This document shows positions 53,171 through 64,000 of a stretch of DNA of 64,000 bases, one piece after another (the stretch's first letter is position 1; the number at the start of each line of letters is the position of its first letter). The position numbers and the translations under genes were made by a program. The notes under the pieces were generated by a model that ran no database searches, was not told the origin of the DNA, and was given only the letters and a program-made list of their open reading frames with translations. This DNA is from Octopus vulgaris (Eukaryota), in NCBI GenBank assembly GCA_951406725.2, contig OX597817.1, forward strand, positions 84,506,001 to 84,570,000, written 5' to 3'.

Positions 53171-54355
53171 TCAGGTCATCCCATAAGTTCTGTCCGAATT
53201 TTGAATAAAAAAACAAGTGATCAAATGTTACATTTAATTGAAATTTAATCATCAATGTACTTTCCCGGATTATCTATGACTTCTTTCCATCTGTTTACAA
53301 GCTTTTTAATCCCATCAATGTAAAACTCTTTTGGTTTCAAAGCGAAGAACTCTGAGATGTCAGTTTCGACCTCCTCCTGACTTGCGAAAGTTATGGCCCC
53401 GAAATGATTCTGTAAACTACGAAACAAATGGTAGTCTAAAGGAGCAAAGTCGGGAGAATAAGGTGGATGAGGAATTTTCTTCCAACCAAGCTCTTCGATC
53501 TTCTGTGTTGTGATCTTTGCAGTTTGGGGTCGCGCATTGTTCTGATGAAACATCACTCCTTTTCGATTCACTAAAGCGGGTCTGTTTTTCTTCAAAGCTT
53601 GGTTCAAACGCTCTAATTGCTGACAGTAGGCTTGAGCATTGATTGTTGCATTAGGTGATAACAATTCAAAGTGAATTACTCTTTTGCAATCCCACCAGAT
53701 AGAGAGAAGAACCTTTTTCCCACAAAGTTCCCTTCTCGGTTCTGATTGAGCTTTTTCCCCTTTATCAAGCGACTGTTTACGACGTTTAACATTTCGATAG
53801 AAGATACATTTTTCGTCACCAGGCACAAGTCTATCTAAAAAGGGGGTGAAATGAGTTCGCGAGAATGGAGAGAAGAGCAGATATCAACTCGGGATTTACG
53901 GTTGCTTTCGGAGAATACGTGAGGCACCCATTTTCCAAGCTTAGGAACCTTTCCAAGTTGTTGAAGATGACGATGAACAGTTGTATGGTTTGAACTAAGC
54001 TTTATTGCCAATTCTTAAACTGATAACGCAGGACTTTCTTCAAGTCAAGCCTCGAGAAGCTTATCATCAAACTCAACTGGACGTCCTGTTCGATCTTCAT
54101 CTTCAAGGATGAAATCTCCACTTCTGAATTTTGCAAACCATCTTTTGCATTATGTGCCTTAAATGCTCTTTGGATACTTCCATGGTTTTAATCAAAGAAA
54201 TTTTAATTCTATTATTCTGTAAAATAATATTTAATTAGTTTAAATGTACACAAATGCATAAAAATAATTTTTAATTCCATTAGACATTCTAAAATACTAT
54301 TAAATTTCATTCAATTTTAAAGAAAGTAAAATCGGACAGAACATGGAATGAGTCG
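53171..54355 (-). mobile_element. Mariner (DD34D-type) element with transposase pseudogene
   Basis: KLGKWVPH; GDEKCIFY; FHQNNARP; HPPYSPDFAPLDYHLF; TIR ...GTTCTGTCCGAATTTT / AAAATCGGACAGAAC; stops and frameshifts upstream of ORF 53245-53826. Confidence 0.92.
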
Positions 54356-55339
54356 TTTGCTGAAATTGAGACATTGAATAAAGGAGACATATTTACCTGA
54401 ATGTATTCACAAGAATATCTGGACAATTGACTTTTATCTCTCGAAATGTACGAAATAGCATGTCACGAAATATTTTTCCTTCATCTATATCAGCACCTTT
54501 TCTTGTTATATTTATGTACGATCTCTTATCTGTTACTAATTCACAATAACGACATAGTTTCTAATTTATGAAAGCTATAACTCCGTCATGTCTTTATATG
54601 TATCTATAGGCGTAGCTGTGTAGTAAGAAGCTTGCTTTCCACTGCGCATGTGCGAGTCAGTGTAGTGTTTGGAACTGAAGCTGTCAAGACGTCCTTTCGA
54701 AGCCGTCTTGAATTGAAGAATTTTGAAGCTCCGCTGTAAGGTAAGACTTTTGTTTTGGGGTCCAGTGGGGATTTGTTGCCTGCGGTAATAATTTTTTTTT
54801 TGTACAAGCAAGAAGTCCTCACTGGATTCTAAACTCTAGTCTGCCTGCAGTGGAGTGAATATTTTTTTCTCACTTAATTGTGAGAATTATTGTTTGGAGG
54901 CGTATCCCGCTTCCAAGATAGTGGTTCACATTAAGTGAATGTTTTTTCTCACTTCATTGTGAGAATTGTTGCTTGGGAGCGTATTGTGCCTCCTAACAAT
55001 TTGTTCATGTTTTGTGAATTTTAAAAATAATTGTGATAATGATTGTTTTGGGGGAGTGTCTTTGCTTCCTAAGATTGAACAACTTGTATACCAGTTTTTG
55101 TGGAAGTTGTGTTCCAGTTGTGGCGTTCCGGATTCGACCTTGGATGGGAGTACCAAGTGGCCGGAAGATTTTTTTTTTTGCTGTGTTTTTGAACTATTAA
55201 CTTTCTTTCTTCTAAACTTTTTTGATTTTCTTTTTTTTGTGAATTGTTTTCCTTTTTATTGTGACTTTCTTTTGATTTCTTTCTTTTTCTTCCCTCTTTT
55301 TAAGTTTTTAATTTGAACTGTTAAAAAAACATGGCAATG

Positions 55340-56830
55340 AAAAAAGACAATGCTTTGGGGTAGAAAATTATACCCCACCCAAACAGTGGTTGAAAGACCG
55401 AGAAGAGAGGACGGTGGTGTTGAAGACTTACTCCAAGTCACTCGACACCATCACTCTATTTGAAAAGACTGTAATTGCAAAGGAGTTGGTAAATTATTTG
55501 CCAACTACCAAATTCATTTCCGGGGCGGGGTCAAATACGGAACGGTGTGCTTGCTATTTGACACTCCTAAAGAGGCTCGCAAATTTGCGAACCAGCCCTT
55601 AGAGGGCAAAGAAATTTTGTTTCTTCCCACGTACTGTGGGAAGAGGTAGGCAAGAGCTTGGGTCTGCGGGTTGCCACCCGGGATAAAACCCGAGTGGATA
55701 GAGGAGACAATCCATCGGGGTCTGGGTGGTAGCGAAGCCAAACTCTTTAATGTGAAAGTTTTTCCTGCGGCCGATTGGATTGGGTCAAAAGATGTTTTGA
55801 GCCTTTGGACTCAATCAGCCAATCTGATTTTTCCAGATTTTTTGAAAATGGTCAGGTGCAGGTGATTCTTGAGGGTCACCCCCTCCTCCAGGTGTAATCG
55901 GTGCCTGGAGCCTGGCCATATAAAAAAAACTGTCCCAGGAACAAAGTAAGGTCCTGCAGCAGTTGATTGAGACCTCTGTAGAAGAGGGAATGAAGGCGGC
56001 CGAGGAGGCGGAGGACTCCTCAAAGAAGGTGAGCAACAATGGGTGCTCACCGAAGGATTCTAGGGATGAGGAAGGGGGGACAATCTCCCGGACACGAGGA
56101 GACGTACTTTATCTCGAGGCCTGACTTGAAGAAAGTCCTGCGTTATCAGTTTAAGAATTGGCAATAAAGCTTAGTTCAAACCATACAACTGTTCATCGTC
56201 ATCTTCAACAACTTGGAAAGGTTCCTAAGCTTGGAAAATGGGTGCCTCACGTATTCTCCGAAAGCAACCGTAAATCCCGAGTTGATATCTGCTCTTCTCT
56301 CCATTCTCGCGAACTCATTTCACCCCCTTTTTAGATAGACTTGTGCCTGGTGACGAAAAAAGCTCCCTCAGTTGAAAAGAAAAAAAAAAAGGAGGAGGAA
56401 AAGAAACAGGAGATTGCCGGCAGTCGGTGACATAGTACCGGAATGTCCCGGAACCTCATCGGTAGGGGTTGTGCCACCGGCAGGGGAAGAGACACCGTTG
56501 GCGGAAACTGTGCCGCCAACGGTAGAATTGGATATCCCGCCCCCGGAGGAAGACGAATTATTGGTCTTCTTCTATAGAGGCGGAAAGGTAGAAAAGGTGG
56601 TGGAAAAGCACCATAAGGGAACACCTTTAGCCTGCACACAGGATCCCGAATGGCCTCCGCAGATAGCTGTGGAGGTCATAACGTTGCTCGTGATGAATAG
56701 GCTGAAGGGACTCAATGAGGAATATCGTTTGTACCCGGGCGATCTTGAATGAGGCGTGGTTGATGACGGAGTATGCGGACACAAGCGATGTTGAGGAGGA
56801 ATAGTGATAAGAGTTTAAAAAGCTTCAGTG
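55340..56830 (+). mobile_element. Tx1-like LINE ORF1 relic with CCHC zinc knuckle
   Basis: FLPTYCGKR...VCGLPPGIKPEWI...CNRCLEPGHIKK(N)C (CX2CX4HX4C); stops and frameshifts. Confidence 0.7.
56112..56360 (+). repeat. Inverted near-identical copy of mariner segment 53809-54057 inserted in the ORF1 relic
   Basis: Reverse complement match including the same disabling stop; no TIR or TA TSD. Confidence 0.88.
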
Positions 56831-57087
56831 TTATTGGAAGTTCTGAGTTTGGAAAGAAAGGTAAGAGGCTTAGCACCTCATTTCGTTATTCAATATTGTG
56901 AACAGTGTAGAGGCTTGTTGCCTCATGAACAATATACAAGAGATCAATGTTCTCGGGAAAAAATCGATCGGCGGACGTCGTTTTTCCCCCATTAATCATC
57001 ATTTTCATTTTCATTTCTTATAACATTATGCCTACGTCCAGCCCACAGGTTCATTTCTCTGTGTAAGGCCTTATGGCCAATATAATG

Positions 57088-57256
57088 AAATAAAGAAGCT
57101 TGCTTCCGAACCACATGGTTCCGGGTTCAGTTTCACTGTATGACACCTTGGGCAGGTCTCTCCTATTATAGTTGCAGGCCGACCAAAATCTTATGAGGGG
57201 ATTTGGTAGACAGAAACTGAAAGGCGCCCGTCGTGTGAGTGTGTGTGTGAGTGTGT

Positions 57257-57308
<52 letters not shown>

Positions 57309-57530
57309 GTGTGTGTGTGCGTGCGTGCGTGCGTGTGTGTGAGTGTCACCAGCGCTTGACAACCGGTATTTGAATGTTTATGCCTCTGTAACTTAACAGT
57401 TCGGCAAAACTGATCAATAGAATAAATACCTGCTTAAAAATGTACTACCGTCGATTCATTCGGTTAAAAGTTTTCAAATCAGTGCCCCAGCATGGCCGCA
57501 GTCTAATGGCCGAAACGAGTAAAAGATAAA
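57088..57530 (+). mobile_element. SINE family B
   Basis: AAGAAGCTTGCTTCCGAACCACATGGTTCCGGGTTCAG...CACCTTGGGCAGG...(TG)n...TAAAAGATAAA tail. Confidence 0.85.
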
Positions 57531-57619
57531 GGATATATGTATGGGAGTACCGAAAGTATATATATTTTCTAACAAACAGTCTGACACCATGCCCAAACTA
57601 AATAGTCTAAACCCCAACA

Positions 57620-58150
57620 AAAGGTGTCCTTGCAATCAACCAGTCAGTATTGGGTTAATTACATATTATTGTGGACACGCGCTATGTATTTATGCTCTGT
57701 CCAATAGCCTATGGAAGACAAAGACTTACGAATTTCCTAAGAACAACAATGCAGCACGTGTAAGGAAAAACATGTATTCTATATCCTGATCGAAAAACGG
57801 TGATTTTGATCATTAGGGTGGATTTCGATCAGGAAGAACCAACTGTTTTCAATAACGACGCAGCGAAAGCGAAGTGGATTTGCGTAATAGTATTGAGGAC
57901 TTTTCGGCGGTGCGGGGCGTGATACACCTTGGTCCACTATGCAATATCATCTCAAGCAGATCTTAAAAGTGTATATAGAAGGGAAGTGGGTATTTTGTGA
58001 TAATGCATGATGATACAAGGCCATATTCAGCGAAGATAATCCAAGGAAGCTAAATTCATTAAGGTACGAGTTCTACCTCACTCATTCTCCCTACTCACCT
58101 GATCTAGCACCATTGTATAATCACTTATTTGAGTTACTTGAACATTTTAT
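57620..58150 (+). mobile_element. Highly decayed mariner fragment
   Basis: MHDDTRPYSAK...THSPYSPDLAPLYNHLF. Confidence 0.65.
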
Positions 58151-58241
58151 ATATGTATATATCATATGTGTATAGAGTGTTTGAAGTGGTGTACAGATAT
58201 TGTATATTAAGAAGGAGGCAGTCAGAATTTTGGATAATTCA

Positions 58242-58289
58242 TTATTAGCGCTTTCGTTCGTTCAATTGAACGAACGAAAGCGCTAATAA
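58242..58289. repeat. Perfect 48-bp palindrome
   Basis: TTATTAGCGCTTTCGTTCGTTCAA|TTGAACGAACGAAAGCGCTAATAA. Confidence 0.95.
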
Positions 58290-58422
58290 AGAATGCACAT
58301 ATATATACTATATTATAATGTCCGTTTCCATGGTTTTGTTTTTATGTTTTCGTTTCTCATTGTGTCCGATGTTTTTTTTTGGTGTCCTGTACCCATATAT
58401 GCATGTATATATACATATATGC

Positions 58423-58476
<54 letters not shown>

Positions 58477-58544
58477 GTATGTATATATGCATATGCTTTT
58501 ATTTATTATTTTGTTATTACATATATATATATATATATATATGT

Positions 58545-58773
58545 TTCTTTATTACCCACAGGGGGCTAAACACAGAGGGGACAAACAAGGACAGACAAAG
58601 GGATTAAGTCGATTACATCGACCCCAGTGCGAAACTGGTACTTTATTTATCGACCCCGAAAGGATGAAAGGCAAAGTCAACCTCGGCGGAATTTGAACTC
58701 AGAACGTAACGGCAGACGAAATACGGCTACGCATTTCGCCCGACGTGATAACGATTCTGCCAGCTTGCCGCCT
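58545..58773 (-). mobile_element. SINE family A, full length, in (TA)n
   Basis: Same sequence family as 2021-2253. Confidence 0.9.
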
Positions 58774-58920
58774 TATATATATATACATATATATATATAT
58801 CACAATCAAGGAACGGCCATAATAGGCCATTCACCCACTAGAAATAACAGCCAAAAGCTTTACCGCAAAATAACATTAATTCCGTAAACCAGGAGAAAAT
58901 TAAAAAACATTTACCCTGTA

Positions 58921-59027
58921 ATTTCTTAGACGATGCACCGTTTCATCTACCGTTTAATGGTAAACTAACCTGATTAAATTAAATCAAGCCAATCCACCAT
59001 AGGCCCTTAGACTCATCAGTAAGAAAT
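58921..59027 (-). ncRNA. Type I hammerhead ribozyme, intact
   Basis: Reverse complement of 59557-59663. Confidence 0.85.
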
Positions 59028-59556
59028 AGCCAAGTCGGAACAGATATTTTTCACGAGGCATTCCTCTTGTTACCTCGGCAATATCTGACCTAAAATTTTC
59101 AAATCGTCGCACTCGCGCCAAATTTATCGGCAGCAAATAAATATAAGCCACCGATTCCATTACGGAACTAACCAGAAAATTCATAATTAATCAATATAGG
59201 GTGGCAAAAAAAATTTTGTAGAATTATTTTGCCACCAGCGGCCTAGTGGGAAAAATTAAATAGTTAAACCATTTTTAAGTTCAACATCACAATCAAGGAA
59301 CGGCCATAATAGGCCATTCACCCACTAGAAATAACAGCCAAAAGCTTGGTGGCAAAAGAATTCTACAAAATTTTTTTTGCCACCCTATATTGATTAATTA
59401 TGAATTTTCTGGTTAGTTCCGTAATGGAATCGGTGGCTTATATTTATTTGCTGCCGATAAATTTGGCGCGAGTGCGACGATTTGAAAATTTTAGGTCAGA
59501 TATTGCCGAGGTAACAAGAGGAATGCCTCGTGAAAAATATCTGTTCCGACTTGGCT

Positions 59557-59663
59557 ATTTCTTACTGATGAGTCTAAGGGCCTATGGTGGATTGGCTTGA
59601 TTTAATTTAATCAGGTTAGTTTACCATTAAACGGTAGATGAAACGGTGCATCGTCTAAGAAAT
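59557..59663 (+). ncRNA. Type I hammerhead ribozyme, intact core, GUC cleavage predicted after 59655
   Basis: Stem I ATTTCTTA/TAAGAAAT; CTGATGA 59565-59571; stem II GTCTA/TAGAT with long extension; GAAA 59640-59643; stem III CGG-TGCA-TCG; GTC. Confidence 0.88.
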
Positions 59664-60116
59664 TACAGGGTAAATGTTTTTTAATTTTCTCCTGGTTTAC
59701 GGAATTAATGTTATTTTGTGGTTAAAGCTTTTGGCTGTTATTTCTAGTGGGTGAATGGCCTATTATGGCCGTTCCTTGATTGTGATGTTGAACTTAAAAA
59801 TGGTTTATGACTATTTAATTTTTCCCACTAGGCCGCTGGTGGCAAAAGAATTCTACAAAATTTTTTTGCCACCCTATATTGATTAACATATATATATATA
59901 TGTATATACATATATATATACATATATGTATATGTATATACATATATATATACATATAGCCTTTCCCTAAGATAACACTGGTGGCGTGGAGAGGGAGGCC
60001 GGTATCCATGGGCAGTTGCTGGTCTTCCATAAACAACCTTGCCCGGACCTGTGCCTGGGAGGGTAACTTTCTAGGTGCAATCCCATGGTCAGTCATGACC
60101 GAAGGGAGGTCTCAGC

Positions 60117-60177
<61 letters not shown>

Positions 60178-60379
60178 ATTGATATAGGATGAAAAGTTTT
60201 TCAGAAAAATTTCATCAAAATGTGGCAGCATATTAAAATACCTTTAAAGGTTAAAATTATAAATAACTTATAAACAAGGGCAAAAGAAAAATTATTTCCA
60301 TGCCAATATGCTGGTAACAGACTTTAAATCGTCAATTTCCACATATCATTATACACTCACTTCCCCGATTTCAGCGCGC

Positions 60380-60410
<31 letters not shown>

Positions 60411-62924
60411 GTTGTGTGTATGGGGTGTTAGTTGGTTAAATGAGTTTTCCAGGTAACAGTAATGAGAACATTCTACTAAGGATTTCTCATGTGCATGTGT
60501 ATATATATTTATATATATATACATATATACATTCTTTTTTGTACGTTTAGTTTAGGTAAGAATTTTTGGATAAAAAATAGTTCCATTCTCTTCCAGTGCT
60601 TTGCGTCATTCCTTGGGTATTTGTAGAATGGAAATATCTTGAATCAGCTGTCTCCATATATTACCAGACGCTTACTCACTTGCGTAATTCTTTTTGTCTC
60701 ATCTGTTTTCTCTGGATTCTTGTACATCAGTTTTGTTTCGCCAATAAAATGTTCCTTGCAACTGGAGCACGATATGTATTATATAAGATTCTGTTTCTTG
60801 CATTTCATGTCTGTCATATATATGCGTGCTTGCGTGTGTGTGTGTGTGTATGTATTTATATGTGTGCGTGTATTTATGTGTGTGTTTGTGTGTGTGTGTG
60901 TGCATGTGTGTGTATGCGTGTGTCTGTGTATAAGAAGTAAACCAATAAATCATTTGATGTTAAACGAACTTGGTTAACTACACCCAACAATTAGATACCA
61001 ATAAATGCAAGTAGAATTAACATCCAAGTATAGAGGGGTGCGTATGTGTATATGTGTGTATGTGTTTGTTCCCCACTACTACTTGGTGTTGGTGTGTTTG
61101 CGTCCCCTAAACTTGGCTGTTCATCAAAAGAGAGCGATAGAACAAGTACCAGGTTTTAAAAAAATTAAGTCTCGGAGTTGATTTATTCGACTACACCCTT
61201 CATGTTGGTGCCGCGGTCAAATGACTGAAACTAGTAAAAGATAAAAGATAAAGATATACCAGGTAACCGAAACCAGCATTATTGATTGCCTCTTCACAAT
61301 TTCCTCATATTCTGATGTTACTTATATGTTTTGATAATTTCTGGTAGCAGTTTTAAACCCTGTGCCTCGTAACCGGTGCAATTTTTTATTCACTTCCGCT
61401 TTATCAGTTACTCTCAATCTTGACAAGATTTAGCCATGTAGGGACTTTCTTGCCAATGACTTAATATGACATCATATAACTCCGTTTTCAGTATAGTTTT
61501 TCAGGTTTTTTAATGCAATAAACCAGTCATTGAACAGTCGGAAATCTTAAGATATATGTGAAAAGAATTATGTAGTTTCTGTTATTTCTGTATCCTCTTC
61601 ACAGCTATCTGTTACGTCATCCTTTGTTTTATAGTTATATATTTTTGAAATATAAAATAGCTTTTCACTTTATTCGTGTTTAAATTAGTTTCTTTTATTT
61701 CTCTTCACTGCATATCTTTGTATTCCTACAGTCGATATGTGTATAAATTTCTAATTGCAAACGAGTCCTGTTGGCTTTTAGTTGCTCTGTTGTAGATGCA
61801 ATCGTTATATTTGTTTTCCTTGTCCAGTCTTGCTACCTTGAATGTTGATATCTACCCTCTCATTTTTGTATTTAATTATTTTAAGTATTCATCTAATGAG
61901 TCAATAATTTTCTTAACCTTTTGTTTCATTTGTGTGCATTGTTGTGTCAAGCTTCTTAATTGCTAAGAAATTAAAAAGTTTGTACTTGGTCTAATTTTCT
62001 GATTTCCATTATTTTATTTAACACAATATTAGAGTACTTTTTAGTAATCTTATTCTCTTCAGTTTTGCCTGGCACATTTTTCTGAAGTGGGTTTCTCTTC
62101 AGATTAAAAAAACACACACAACTTTTTACAGATTCCTGCTCTTCTTTAAAAACATATTACTCTTTACAATGTCCCTTCTCTTCCTTACAAACATATAACC
62201 ATTTACGGTTTCCCTCCTTTTTTGACAAATATATTACCTTTTACAGCTCCCCTCCTCAACCGTACAAACTTATCATAAGTTGTGATGGTCATAATATGAT
62301 CCTTCACAACTCCCTTTCTCTTCTTTTTAAAGTGAGGTGTTCAGGAATGAGAGAGTAAGAGAAAGGAACAGCCTGTTTTTGGTAGGTTTCTTTGGAAAAC
62401 TTTTGGACATTGTATATACATGCATGTTTGTATGTGTATGCTTCATATATTCATAATACATACAAACATTTAACCAGTTTTGCATTAGAATATACACACA
62501 GACATACTGTCGTACTTGCAAGCTGTATCTTAACATTACTCTCCTATGTAAACGTTTGCTTCAGAGATTTTATTTGGAATTTGGTAAGAAATCAAGTATT
62601 CAGTTTTTCATTTCCTTCATTTAATTGCCCTTTCGTTTCTTTCATTAAAAATCAAAATGTTTTGTGTTATCGGGTATCCCGTAGTTTACTGTCTGAAATA
62701 CGAATTTGTCATCATAACATAATAAGCTACTCAAGTCACTGAGCGAATGCACAAAAGGTACGTAACTCTTTCATTTTCGACATTTTGTAGAATAGAAATT
62801 TCCGTTCCATCAGAAGTACAAATATAAAAAAAAACAATTCGTAAAATAGCAAAAATATAAAAGTTACGGGATACGGATTTGAAAAAGATGTATGTGCTTA
62901 TATGTAGTTGAGTAATGTTTCTAT

Positions 62925-63016
<92 letters not shown>

Positions 63017-63061
63017 ATACAGATGACACAGGAAAAATAATGGCTATGTTATGAACTTATT

Positions 63062-63130
63062 AGCTTACAGCTGTTTCTGCTATAAGATGCAGTGGATTGC
63101 TAGTTGAGTGCATACAGCTTCATCGGAGCC
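63062..63130 (-). ncRNA. Degenerate minimal hammerhead (CCGAUGA) in a TA-flanked repeat
   Basis: GGCT CCGATGA A GCTGTATGCA...TGCATCTTATAGC A GAAA CAGCTG TA|AGCT. Confidence 0.55.
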
Positions 63131-63255
63131 TCTGATATGAACTGCAATTCATTTCGGGGGAAAAGAATTACATTTGTGTAATATAAAGGGAAGGCATTAT
63201 CAGTGAGAATGTCATCACTGATATATATATAAAAAAAGTGTATGTCCAAAAAGAC

Positions 63256-63289
<34 letters not shown>

Positions 63290-63624
63290 TGTATATAAAT
63301 TAGAGAAAAACTACCTTTTATATTTAAATTGAATTGATTTTAGTGTTATCAGTTTGAAATTATAGCTACGAAACACGTGTAGTCCATCTACCAATTATAT
63401 ACTTTTTATTTATTACTTTATACATTACTTAATTATTGGTATATGTTTTATTGTACATTTGATTTTTTTCTATGTGGCATAATTTGATTATATCATTGTT
63501 ATTTCATCGTTGAATAGATAAAAGGTGTTTTTTCTCTAATTTATACACATATATTATATATTGTGAAATTTGATTCAGTATTACTAAATTGAATTTTTCC
63601 CTGTAAGTTTGGAATAATATTCCC

Positions 63625-63697
<73 letters not shown>
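63625..63697. repeat. (TAT)n microsatellite / LINE tail
   Basis: Directly visible. Confidence 0.95.
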
Positions 63698-63698
<1 letters not shown>

Positions 63699-64000
63699 TG
63701 TAGTTTTATTTTTATAGCGTGCTTTCACTCCACTACCGAGCGCAGCTCTGTGTGCCTTGGGTATGTGCTGTGATTTGTTGTGATGCTCTGATGGTTATTG
63801 TATGGAAAGTGTTCTGCGTAGGATGTGTGCAGTGCCTAGTAGTGCAATTTTCTGTATGTTATATGTGTTTGTAAGTCCTGGTGTTTTTGTTATGTATTTG
63901 TCTGAATATTTTTTATCATGCCTAATGCACCTACTATGATAGGAATTGTTTCTGTTTTCAGATTCCACATTCTAGTTACCTCTATTTCCAGGTCTATTAT
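63698..64000 (-). mobile_element. R4/Dong-type LINE 3' end with (TAA)n tail
   Basis: DLEIEVTRMWNLKTETIPIIVGALGMIKKYSDKYITKTPGLTNTYNIQKIALLGTAHILRRTFHTITIR. Confidence 0.9.

Larger units (their letters stand above)
58801..59886. mobile_element. Inverted pair of circularly permuted ~490-nt hammerhead-containing units (retrozyme-like), inserted in (TA)n
   Basis: 58801-58860 = 59288-59347 (period 487); 59348-~59397 = 59838-59886 (period 490); the arms are reverse complements; one HHR per arm. Confidence 0.85.

Noticed and set aside
53245-53826. Active mariner transposase CDS
   Set aside because: Only the C-terminal half is open, the second catalytic D reads N, and there are upstream stops and frameshifts.
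59400-59600. Identical 66-aa ORFs on opposite strands (also 58984-59184)
   Set aside because: The identity only reflects the recent inverted duplication. The ORF overlaps the ribozyme and resembles no protein I recognise.
61400-62110. Possible L1-like ORF2 C-terminal relic on the minus strand
   Set aside because: Too degenerate to support by eye.

Overview
AT-rich eukaryotic DNA made almost entirely of repeats. The SINE families and microsatellite load look like an octopus/cephalopod genome (inference from recognised repeat types, not a database result). I find no intact host gene; most ORFs in the supplied track are microsatellite artefacts. Recognisable elements are decayed non-LTR retrotransposons (CR1/L2-type RT, several R4/Dong-type copies, Tx1/L1-type ORF1 and endonuclease fragments), a deleted Gypsy LTR element, a Penelope-like (GIY-YIG) fragment, a DD37E Tc1-like element with IR/DR ends, three mariner relics, a hAT-type MITE and many tRNA-derived SINEs. 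The main hidden signal is a set of nine type I hammerhead-ribozyme (HHR) motifs (CUGAnGA...GAAA...NUH) in about five small non-coding repeat families. The best case is at 58801-59886: a ~490-nt unit with a complete GUC-cleaving HHR, present as two inverted copies. Each copy is slightly longer than one unit and they are circularly permuted relative to each other, as expected for reverse-transcribed circular RNA (retrozyme-like). Others include a tRNA-headed HHR element inserted as a head-to-head dimer with a target-site duplication (2558-4171) and a 403-bp-period tandem HHR repeat (5984-6679). Coordinates were read by eye and may be off by a few bases.
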